The notes below the pieces were generated by a model, which searched no databases, was not told the DNA's origin, and saw nothing but the letters and a program-made list of their open reading frames with translations. Shown piece by piece: positions 20,917 through 29,420 of a DNA stretch of 64,000 nucleotides; positions within the stretch are counted from its first letter, which is position 1; every line of letters starts with the position of its first letter. Both the position numbers and the translations under genes were made by a program. The stretch is from a virus (Duplodnaviria; Caudoviricetes): IMG/VR virus record IMGVR_UViG_3300032011_002031, positions 6,277 through 70,276 of that record; one strand, written 5' to 3'.

Positions 20917-21849
20917 GTGAACCAAATAACATATGCATATTTAGAAACTACAAACTATTGTAATTTAGCTTGTAGTTTTTGTAATCGAGAGGAAGTAATT
21001 GGCCCACTAAAACATATGAGTTTAGAAAATTGGGGTAAGTTACTTGATGGTATAAAACATCATCCTATTGAAGAAGCAAAACTTATGGGAATGGGAGAAC
21101 CAATGTTACATCCACAATTTGATGAAGTGTGTAGGATGTTCAAAGAAATATTTCCAAATGCAAAACTTATTGTTGCATCAAATTGTCAGTATAATATCAG
21201 AGAGGGATTAGAGTTTAGGAGAAAATATCAAGAGTGTATGAAGTATATTGATATGTTGTACTTTTCTATTGATGGTTGGGGTGAAAGTTATGAACGAGAT
21301 AGAGCACCAGCAAAATGGAATAAGTTAATAAAGTTTTTAAAAGATTTTGAAACAATCAATCGTTATGATTGTGATGTAGTTGTTAATTATGTTGTAAACG
21401 CATATAATATAAATGATATTGAAAAGGTAGATAACCTTAGAAAAGAAAATAACTTAGGAATGTTAAGATTAAACATAGCACAAATATGGGATGAAGATGC
21501 AAGTATCACTTCCGATGTTGCAACATCAGGTTATACAAAACACCAATTAGATTATTTAAAAAAAAATTGGGGTGGTAGTATAATGGGTAAATCTAAATGG
21601 GATTTTCAAGATTGTTTTTGGGTAAAAAATGGGTTATACACAACAGTCGAGGGACATGTCAAAATGTGTTGTTTAAATACTGGTGCAGAACCATTTGGTA
21701 ATTTATTCACAAACTCGATAGATGAGATTCGAGAGATGGAAGATTATCAAAATGTTAAACAAGGTTGTGAAACAAACAATCCTACATCACATTGTAAAAA
21801 TTGTTCATATAAAGAACTATCACCAATGTTAAAATACTTGGGGGTGTAA
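20917..21849 (+). CDS. Radical SAM protein with C-terminal SPASM/twitch domain
   Basis: CNLACSFC, GMGEPMLHP; CFW...GHVKMCC...FGN...CKNC. Confidence 0.85.
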   Translation: MNQITYAYLETTNYCNLACSFCNREEVIGPLKHMSLENWGKLLDGIKHHPIEEAKLMGMGEPMLHPQFDEVCRMFKEIFPNAKLIVASNCQYNIREGLEFRRKYQECMKYIDMLYFSIDGWGESYERDRAPAKWNKLIKFLKDFETINRYDCDVVVNYVVNAYNINDIEKVDNLRKENNLGMLRLNIAQIWDEDASITSDVATSGYTKHQLDYLKKNWGGSIMGKSKWDFQDCFWVKNGLYTTVEGHVKMCCLNTGAEPFGNLFTNSIDEIREMEDYQNVKQGCETNNPTSHCKNCSYKELSPMLKYLGV

Positions 21850-22787
21850 TGAAAAAGATATTGATAGGAGTAGGTTGTTCACATACACAAGGTTCTGCGT
21901 TTGTAAAACACCACGAATCAATGAGAAAATCTTCACCACGAGATATAGAGTTTGCAAGTAAAGAACTTGAAGAACTATATAAAGATGCACCAAAACTCAG
22001 TACAGATTGGATTACAAATAATCTTACTTGGGTTGGTAAGTTAAATAAGTATTTAAAATATGATGAGGTTTTAAATTTTGGTACGGGTGGATGTGGTATA
22101 GCACATAATATCAGAAGTATAAAAAATTATATATATAATCAAAAAGATTTATCTAATCATTTGATAATCCATCAATTACCAGCATTTGATAGAGTAGAGG
22201 TTAATTTTACCTTTGAAGATGTAGATGGTAATAATATAAAAAAAGTTACTAATTTAAAAGAAGCAGTATTTTATATTTTAGATAAAGATAATCCAGGTAA
22301 TAAGGGGTCATTAAAATATTCATTTGGGGATAAAACAATAGAGGATGTAAAAAACTTTTTCAATACATTTTATGATAAAGATTATTGTGATTTAAATTTT
22401 ATATATGAACTTTATTGGTTACAAGAATTAATAGAGGCAAAGGGTGGTACATATAGAGTTTGGTCTTGGTTAGAGTGTACTACAGAAAGAGCATGGCCAA
22501 GAGTTAATCTTACAGAATTAAATGATTATGCAAAAATAATGGATTCAGAATATCATAAATCTGATGAGAACCTACATAGTTTACCAAACATTGTAGATAT
22601 GCTGTATAAAATAAATTTTATTAAATTAGATGAAATGAATCTTACAGGTCTTAGATTGGCAGACCTCGGGTTAGTAAAAGAAGATTATCATCTTGGTGAA
22701 GAGGCTAACAATATGTTAGCAAAAAATATTTATAACAATTTAAAACGATATGATTTACAAGAGGAATATGAAAAAACACTTAAATAA
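21849..22787 (+). CDS. SGNH-like, paralog 6 (divergent)
   Basis: GCSHTQG, GGCG, DYHLGEEAN. Confidence 0.55.
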   Translation: MKKILIGVGCSHTQGSAFVKHHESMRKSSPRDIEFASKELEELYKDAPKLSTDWITNNLTWVGKLNKYLKYDEVLNFGTGGCGIAHNIRSIKNYIYNQKDLSNHLIIHQLPAFDRVEVNFTFEDVDGNNIKKVTNLKEAVFYILDKDNPGNKGSLKYSFGDKTIEDVKNFFNTFYDKDYCDLNFIYELYWLQELIEAKGGTYRVWSWLECTTERAWPRVNLTELNDYAKIMDSEYHKSDENLHSLPNIVDMLYKINFIKLDEMNLTGLRLADLGLVKEDYHLGEEANNMLAKNIYNNLKRYDLQEEYEKTLK

Positions 22788-23805
22788 AATAGTTAGAAAA
22801 TTTGATACTACTGATAAATCACGATATAATTATATATTAAATCAAAGTGAAAGAAGTACACATTTACAATTTATAGATTGGAAGAGATTTTTGAAAACAA
22901 TAAATCAAGAAGATTTTTTTTATTATCCAAATACTTCTACATTTAAAGAAAAAATTTCAAATCATAAATACTTTAATGTAAATGAAGATGAAATATTTTT
23001 ATGTGCAGGTTCGGATGTGGGAATCAAATCAATATTTGAAACATTTACTGATGGTGGAAGAGTAGTAACTACAGAACCATCATTTCCAATGTTTAAAGTT
23101 TATTCGGAATTATATCAATGCGAGTATTTTGGTATTCCATATGAAAAGGATTATACAATATCCGTAGAAAAAATATTATCAAATATAACCAATGATACAG
23201 ATTTAATTATATTGGCAAATCCAAATAGTCCTATGGGTGAGTATAAATCATTTGATGAAATAATTCCTATTTTAGAACAAGGTGTACCAGTATTAATAGA
23301 TGAAGCATATGTAGAGTTTACTCACGAAGAAAGTTTTATACAATATATAAATGAATATCCAAATCTAATAGTAACAAGAACATTTTCAAAAGGTTATGCA
23401 GCTGCAGGATGTAGGGTTGGGTTGGTAATTTCTAATAAGAAAAATATTGAAATGATTAGTAAATTTAGACAAATGTATGAGATTGCTGGAGTTTCAATGA
23501 AATATTGTGAGTTCTTTTTAGATAATCACGGAATCATAGAAGATTATTGGAAAGATGTTGTAGATGAAAAAAGTAGATTATTATATCAATTACGAGGATT
23601 AGAAATAATAGATACACGAACTAATTGGATACATTTTAATACAGATGATGATAATAAAAAAACAAGAGAGATATTTGCTAAGCATAAGGTTCTGGTAAAG
23701 TGGGGTACAATTCCACACGATAATAGAAAACACTGGTGTAGAATGACAATTCAACCTGGTATTGGTAATGAACCATTTATTCAAGAGTTGATAGATGCGT
23801 ATTAA
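22768..23805 (+). CDS. PLP-dependent class I/II enzyme (HisC/CobD-like)
   Basis: AGSDVG, ANPNSPMG, IDEAY, RTFSKGYAAAGCRVG (Schiff-base Lys), R near the C-terminus. Confidence 0.85.
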   Translation: MKKHLNKIVRKFDTTDKSRYNYILNQSERSTHLQFIDWKRFLKTINQEDFFYYPNTSTFKEKISNHKYFNVNEDEIFLCAGSDVGIKSIFETFTDGGRVVTTEPSFPMFKVYSELYQCEYFGIPYEKDYTISVEKILSNITNDTDLIILANPNSPMGEYKSFDEIIPILEQGVPVLIDEAYVEFTHEESFIQYINEYPNLIVTRTFSKGYAAAGCRVGLVISNKKNIEMISKFRQMYEIAGVSMKYCEFFLDNHGIIEDYWKDVVDEKSRLLYQLRGLEIIDTRTNWIHFNTDDDNKKTREIFAKHKVLVKWGTIPHDNRKHWCRMTIQPGIGNEPFIQELIDAY

Positions 23806-25060
23806 TAAAGAAAATAGAGAATTTATTGAAGAAATACTTACACGGCAGCGATTCTTTTTTACTGATGAGTTACCTTGGCAGTGGTTTAATTATGAAAATG
23901 GTAAATGGTATAAGGATAGGAGTATTCATACACGATGTGAATATTTATTTACAGAACACGGATTTTTTGCTGAAACACTAAAAGAACAAGATTATAATTA
24001 TATACATCGAGTACAAAAAAATCCTAAAGATGAAAATTGGCAACATCGACAACTAAAATATATAGCAGAAGAATTTATTAATGGTAAAGGTGTTTTTAAT
24101 AATCCGTTACACATTTCAATAGCCAAAAGAAAAACACAATCTCGTCAAGAAAAAACATATCCATTTCCACACAATGAATATAGAATAATATGTCATCCAG
24201 GTCATACAAGATTTAGAACAAGTGTGTTTTTACAACAGAATCCACAGAAAGTAATAATAACGATGAGGCGTGATGGATTTAATGATAAAATAGTAGATGG
24301 GATGAGAGAGTTAAAAACACCAGATGATTTTTTAAACTTGTGGAAACCATTACCTTTAGGTTTTGACAATGAATCAACAGAAAATCATTATTTAGAACGA
24401 GCAAATGCAGAATTTATATTTAAGGGACAATTAAAATATGATGCACGAGGTATGAAGAATGGAACAAAATACCACGAAGAAAATGAATGTAATGTTTTAA
24501 AACTTTGGAAGTTAAGAGATTCGGTAAATAATGATAAAGACCTTAATCACACAACAGATTATATAAAAGAAGTATTTAAAAGACCAACGGATGTATCAAA
24601 AATTATATTAGAAAAAACTTTAACAATCTATACCAATAGTGATAAAGATGTTGAATCTATACTTAAACAAAATCGTAAAAATCTTGTTGAAAGTGCAAAT
24701 ATAATTAGAAGTAAAAAAGTAGTAACTGCTATAGAAAGAAATTTGAATTGGATACATTTGATAAATGAATTTAACTTTGTAGTAAAGCATGTTCCAAAAA
24801 AACCAAAAAATATTTCTCAGTATAATGGTAATAAAGGATTTGCAATATGGATTGATAATGATAGGGTTAATGATATTACAAGAGAAATATATGAATTTTT
24901 ATATTATACTCGATGGGATGTTAAATTAGCAGAAACAGAAGATGGTAAGATATCCGTTGTAAATTGTTCTACTTCTAAAACTAAAAAGTGGATTATAAGT
25001 GAAAATTTTTTAGATGTAAAACCAATTGACTTAAAAAAAATAGCGAGGTATCAAAATTGA
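23795..25060 (+). CDS. Hypothetical protein
   Basis: 421-aa ORF; HPGHTR motif only weakly ParB-like. Confidence 0.6.
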   Translation: MRINKENREFIEEILTRQRFFFTDELPWQWFNYENGKWYKDRSIHTRCEYLFTEHGFFAETLKEQDYNYIHRVQKNPKDENWQHRQLKYIAEEFINGKGVFNNPLHISIAKRKTQSRQEKTYPFPHNEYRIICHPGHTRFRTSVFLQQNPQKVIITMRRDGFNDKIVDGMRELKTPDDFLNLWKPLPLGFDNESTENHYLERANAEFIFKGQLKYDARGMKNGTKYHEENECNVLKLWKLRDSVNNDKDLNHTTDYIKEVFKRPTDVSKIILEKTLTIYTNSDKDVESILKQNRKNLVESANIIRSKKVVTAIERNLNWIHLINEFNFVVKHVPKKPKNISQYNGNKGFAIWIDNDRVNDITREIYEFLYYTRWDVKLAETEDGKISVVNCSTSKTKKWIISENFLDVKPIDLKKIARYQN

Positions 25061-25878
25061 AGAATATATTATTTATTACACCAATAAATCATTTAAGAAG
25101 TTTTTATAGTGAAGTTTTTAAAAGGTTTAAATTTTTAGAATTAATGAATCCTACATATGAAGATGTAAAAACACATATAAGAAATTTTGATATATTATTC
25201 TGTGCACCAAACTACCAAAAATTTATTGTTGATGAGGAGTTAATCAAGGATTCAAATATAGAATGTATTGTTTCACCATCTACAGGTTTAAATCATATTG
25301 ATGTTGATTCAGTACCAATCATATCTATTAAGAATGATAAGATTCTTGAATCAATATGGTCTACAGCAGAACATACTTTGTATTTAATTTTATCAATAGT
25401 TAGACATACAACACCATCTATAGAATTACAAGATAAAACTTTGGGTATTATCGGTGATGGTAGATTAGGTAAGATGGTTGAGTATTTGTGTCAAAATATA
25501 TTTAAAAAAGTTATTGTAGTTGATAAGGATTATGGTGATAAGGAAAAATTATTTTTTGAATCGGATATTGTATCCTTGCATGTTGATTTAAATCCATCTA
25601 CATATCAAATGATAAATAAAAAATATATGCAACAATTTAGAAAAAGTATTTATTTAGTAAATACATCTCGTGGTGAGTTAGTAAATGAGGAAGATATAAA
25701 TGAACTTTTATTAAAGGATAGAATAAGTGGTTATGCTACAGATGTTTTACAAACAGAATATGTAGAGGAGAAGTCTATATTAGAATCAAATCATAAAGTA
25801 TTGATAACACCACACATAGCAGGAACATCAATAGAAGCACAAGAAAAAGCATATAATAGAGTATTGGAAAAAATATGA
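25057..25878 (+). CDS. D-isomer-specific 2-hydroxyacid dehydrogenase
   Basis: STGLNHID, TAEH, GIIGDGRLG, VNTSRG, TDV, TPHIAG. Confidence 0.85.
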   Translation: MKNILFITPINHLRSFYSEVFKRFKFLELMNPTYEDVKTHIRNFDILFCAPNYQKFIVDEELIKDSNIECIVSPSTGLNHIDVDSVPIISIKNDKILESIWSTAEHTLYLILSIVRHTTPSIELQDKTLGIIGDGRLGKMVEYLCQNIFKKVIVVDKDYGDKEKLFFESDIVSLHVDLNPSTYQMINKKYMQQFRKSIYLVNTSRGELVNEEDINELLLKDRISGYATDVLQTEYVEEKSILESNHKVLITPHIAGTSIEAQEKAYNRVLEKI

Positions 25879-26474
25879 AAACACTAAGTAGTTTTTTAGA
25901 AACAACAAAATATGACTGGATAAAAAATGCATTTTCGGATGTGGGTAAATATATAAATGCACTTAAACATATTGAAGAACATACACCAAAATTTATAGTT
26001 GAGTATGGTGGTGGACAAAGTACTCTTATGCTTACAGAATTTGTTAACTATTTGGATTATGGTGGGAAAGTTGTTGGTTATGAGTGTGATTCTTATTGGT
26101 ATAATGACCATATAGAAAATGGTTGGAACAAACACAACAATATAAAACTTGTTGATATTGTAGAGGATATTTATTGGCCAGTGGTTGAAGAACGCCACTA
26201 TGCCAAAGTTACAGGAGTTAGGTATATTCACCCAATAGAAGATATAGAGGGTGTTGATTTTGTTATAATAGATGGACCAGCTTTAAAAGATTTTAAATCA
26301 GAACCAACCACCACATTTAATCTAATGGATATAGTTAATCATATAGGTTATACAATTCCATATTTTATAGATGGTAGGACAGGTGCAAGAAATTTTTATG
26401 GAAATGATACAAAATTTCCAAATGTTTTTGGGTTAGATTACGGAACAGATATAGGAGATAGTAAAGAAATATGA
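25875..26474 (+). CDS. Putative class I methyltransferase
   Basis: IVEYGGGQST, VGYE, DFVIIDGP. Confidence 0.5.
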   Translation: MKTLSSFLETTKYDWIKNAFSDVGKYINALKHIEEHTPKFIVEYGGGQSTLMLTEFVNYLDYGGKVVGYECDSYWYNDHIENGWNKHNNIKLVDIVEDIYWPVVEERHYAKVTGVRYIHPIEDIEGVDFVIIDGPALKDFKSEPTTTFNLMDIVNHIGYTIPYFIDGRTGARNFYGNDTKFPNVFGLDYGTDIGDSKEI

Positions 26475-27283
26475 AGATAATAGCAGAATTATGTCAAAAT
26501 CACAATGGTGATATAGATATTGTAAAGGATATGGTTGTAAAAGCCAAATATAGTGGAGCTGATATAGTAAAGATTCAATCAATCAAAGCTAATTCACTTA
26601 CTAAACGAGAAGAGTATGAATCATTTAGAAAGTATTCAGATGAGTATCAAAGATTATCATCATTAGAATTAAGTATGGATGATGAATTAGAATTTATTCA
26701 TACCGCAAAGGTTAATAATATTATACCAATGACAACAATATTTAGTCCTAATCATTATGAGTATTACAATAGTTTAGGATATGATTATTTAAAGTTAAGT
26801 GGATATTCGATGAGGGCATTTGATTGGGGTAAAAAATTAGATAAATTTAATTTTAAACATTTAGTATTCTCTACATCAAGTTTACATCTACACGATATCG
26901 AAAAGTGTATTGAGAATTTACAAGGAGTTGATTTCACAATATTACATTGTGTTTGTTTATATCCAACACCATTTGAAAAATTAAACTTAGCATCAATAGA
27001 ACATTTAAAAACTCTACACGATAAGATAGGGTTTAGTGACCATTCAGATAATCTATTACCAAGTAAACAAGCAATCTTTCAAGGTATCGATATGTTAGAA
27101 AAACATTTTACTATTTTGGATAAAGAAGAAACAAGAGATGGTAAGGTTTCAGTTACACCAGAAGAATTAAAAGAGTTACACAAATTCAGTAACTATACAA
27201 AAGATGGTCAGTACTTAGAGTTAAATGGATTTAATGAGGAACAAAGATTTAATCACGAATATTATCAAGGTAGATTTGAATGA
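26471..27283 (+). CDS. neuB: N-acetylneuraminate (nonulosonic acid) synthase family, lacking the C-terminal SAF domain
   Basis: IIAELCQNHNGD, GADIVKIQ, LHCVCLYPTP, GFSDHS, EKHFT; only 270 aa. The symbol is family-level; substrate unknown. Confidence 0.85.
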   Translation: MKIIAELCQNHNGDIDIVKDMVVKAKYSGADIVKIQSIKANSLTKREEYESFRKYSDEYQRLSSLELSMDDELEFIHTAKVNNIIPMTTIFSPNHYEYYNSLGYDYLKLSGYSMRAFDWGKKLDKFNFKHLVFSTSSLHLHDIEKCIENLQGVDFTILHCVCLYPTPFEKLNLASIEHLKTLHDKIGFSDHSDNLLPSKQAIFQGIDMLEKHFTILDKEETRDGKVSVTPEELKELHKFSNYTKDGQYLELNGFNEEQRFNHEYYQGRFE

Positions 27284-28125
27284 TACCAGAATATAAATCA
27301 GTAAGTTATATATTAGTTTGGGCAGATACTAATACAATGTATAGAAATGATTCTTTAAATTATACTATTAATAAAGAAGTTGATAAAGCATTATTAGACC
27401 AAACTATGTATTTGATAGACCAAATATTACAATTAAATCCACACGAAATATTAATTATGGACAATGAGGGTAATTTTCCTACACACAAAAATCCATTAGT
27501 TAAAGTGATACCATCATATCAATCAGTTGGATATCTTGATGGGGAACGACCTGAGTGGTTGAATAAAATTAATATAGAAGATTACAAAGAGGATACTGAT
27601 TTTAATCATGCTAAAAGTTTAGCTATGGCATACAATCACGGATTGACAATAGCAACAGGTGATTACTTTATAATACAACATAATGATACAAGATACTTGT
27701 TTGATAATTTTGATAGTTATACACTTATATATGAGTTTATTAGTGAGTTAGAAGATGGAAAGTATGAATATATTACAATTGATAAAAAACCACCAAAGAA
27801 TACATCACCAGATGGTTATGATTACTTTGCAGATTGTTATTGGTTCTTATGTAGAAAAGATTTTTATTCTAAACATAATATTTGGGTGGATTGGGTTCGA
27901 GGTGATAACAATCATTTAGCAACTATTACTTGTAAAGATAAAGAATTAAGATACTTACACCTACCTGGATTTTTTGAAACTGAAGAACATATTCCAGAAG
28001 AGTTTAATAGAAAATATTACTTTGGTAGTAAATCAGGTAATTTACATATATTTAGAGATAAACCATTTTTATTACATTTTAAAGGTGGTACGGGTTTACA
28101 CAGAGTATTGGCAAAAAACAGATGA
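27280..28125 (+). CDS. Putative GT-A (GT2-like) glycosyltransferase
   Basis: ILIMDN, AYNHGL, GDYFIIQHND. Confidence 0.5.
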   Translation: MIPEYKSVSYILVWADTNTMYRNDSLNYTINKEVDKALLDQTMYLIDQILQLNPHEILIMDNEGNFPTHKNPLVKVIPSYQSVGYLDGERPEWLNKINIEDYKEDTDFNHAKSLAMAYNHGLTIATGDYFIIQHNDTRYLFDNFDSYTLIYEFISELEDGKYEYITIDKKPPKNTSPDGYDYFADCYWFLCRKDFYSKHNIWVDWVRGDNNHLATITCKDKELRYLHLPGFFETEEHIPEEFNRKYYFGSKSGNLHIFRDKPFLLHFKGGTGLHRVLAKNR

Positions 28126-28895
28126 TATTATTAACAAACGGAGATAGTTGGACACAAGGTGATTCACCAGCACAAGATTTAAATTGGAAAGCCACTAAAT
28201 CATTAGATTGGTATGATATCATTCCAAACTTTGGTAATAATACTAATCCTTGTGATAATAGGATTTTATATAAATTTTATGATAGTGATGTATGGCCAAA
28301 AGTATTAGGAAAAAAACTTGGTGTTGAAACTTGGAATGCTGGTAGGTTGGGTGATAGTAATGATAGGATATTTAGAACTACAATTAGTTCTATTGAGTAT
28401 TTAGAATCACTTGGTAAAAAAGATTTTTTTGTTGTGATAGGATTAACATCTATGTTTAGATATGAAACTTGGAACGATGTTGGTATTAAAGAAAATGAAA
28501 AGAAATTAAAAGGTAAGTGGATAAATGCACGAATATCACCAAAAGAATATTTAGATTTTGCAAAAGAATCCTTAGTACATAGACTTTGTTTAAATATAAT
28601 AAATCTTCAAAACTTTTTAAAGGTAAGAAATATACCATATTTAATATTTAATTGTTTTGATGATTTTGATGAGGATATTCGAGAAGATTCTTTTTTTAAG
28701 TATATTGATTTAGATTATATTTATAATAAAGACTTTAAATCACATTTTAGACTTGGTGTAGAAAATGAATTTAATACAGATTGGAGTAATACTGATGATT
28801 ATTTTCGAACAAATCATCCAACGGATAAAAGCCATATATGGTGGGGATTAAAGTTAACAAAATACATAAGGGAAAATTATGAAAATTTTAAATAA
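28122..28895 (+). CDS. SGNH-like, paralog 7
   Basis: NGDSWTQG, GDSNDRI, IGLT, NHPTDKSH. Confidence 0.7.
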   Translation: MILLTNGDSWTQGDSPAQDLNWKATKSLDWYDIIPNFGNNTNPCDNRILYKFYDSDVWPKVLGKKLGVETWNAGRLGDSNDRIFRTTISSIEYLESLGKKDFFVVIGLTSMFRYETWNDVGIKENEKKLKGKWINARISPKEYLDFAKESLVHRLCLNIINLQNFLKVRNIPYLIFNCFDDFDEDIREDSFFKYIDLDYIYNKDFKSHFRLGVENEFNTDWSNTDDYFRTNHPTDKSHIWWGLKLTKYIRENYENFK

Positions 28896-28989
28896 AATTA
28901 AAGGGTTTTATTATAAGTTAATTACAGAATATAAATTCCGTAAAAAACTAAAAGAAATAAAAAAACGCGACCCATTTATTTACAAATGA
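28879..28989 (+). CDS. Small basic protein (36 aa, ends KRDPFIYK; absent from ORF track)
   Basis: Open frame bridging the gap; stop overlaps ATG 28986. Confidence 0.5.
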   Translation: MKILNKIKGFYYKLITEYKFRKKLKEIKKRDPFIYK

Positions 28990-29375
28990 ACGAAAAAGAG
29001 TTCTTCGAAGTTTTATATCCAAAAACAAATAAGTATATCAATTCAAAAAAAGTTGATATCGAAATCATACATCCATTAGAATATTGGGATAAACCAAGAA
29101 CAAAACAAGAAGGGCCAGTTTGTGAGTGTGTGGGTGAGAATACAAACAAAGCATTGTTTGAGTATTTTATGAAATTAATTAAACAAGGTATTGAATTACC
29201 TATATATCTTAATAGTAAAAATCAGATAATGGATGGGTGGCATAGGTTTCACGCATACTATTATTTGGGTAATACTATGATTCCATTTTATCGTAATAAA
29301 TTAACAAGAAATCACGGATTTTGTTGGAAAAAAGGTTTAGAAGGTCGTAGAAGATTGCGTACTAAAACTTGGTAG
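28986..29375 (+). CDS. ParB N-terminal/Srx-like small protein
   Basis: GIELPIYL ... IMDGWHRFHAY (DGxHR motif). Confidence 0.55.
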   Translation: MNEKEFFEVLYPKTNKYINSKKVDIEIIHPLEYWDKPRTKQEGPVCECVGENTNKALFEYFMKLIKQGIELPIYLNSKNQIMDGWHRFHAYYYLGNTMIPFYRNKLTRNHGFCWKKGLEGRRRLRTKTW

Positions 29376-29379
29376 TTTT

Positions 29380-29387
29380 ATATTTAT
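29380..29387 (+). promoter_or_regulatory. ATATTTAT putative late promoter element
   Basis: Intergenic, upstream of SD GGAG and ATG 29421. Confidence 0.55.
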
Positions 29388-29420
29388 AAGTGTAACATTA
29401 CATACACATTGGAGTTTTTA

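Noticed and set aside
2-29375. Bacterial capsule/O-antigen locus (host contamination)
   Set aside because: No wzx/wzy/kps export genes; same strand, gene packing and ATATTTAT motif continue into the phage head genes. A chimeric assembly cannot be excluded without read data.
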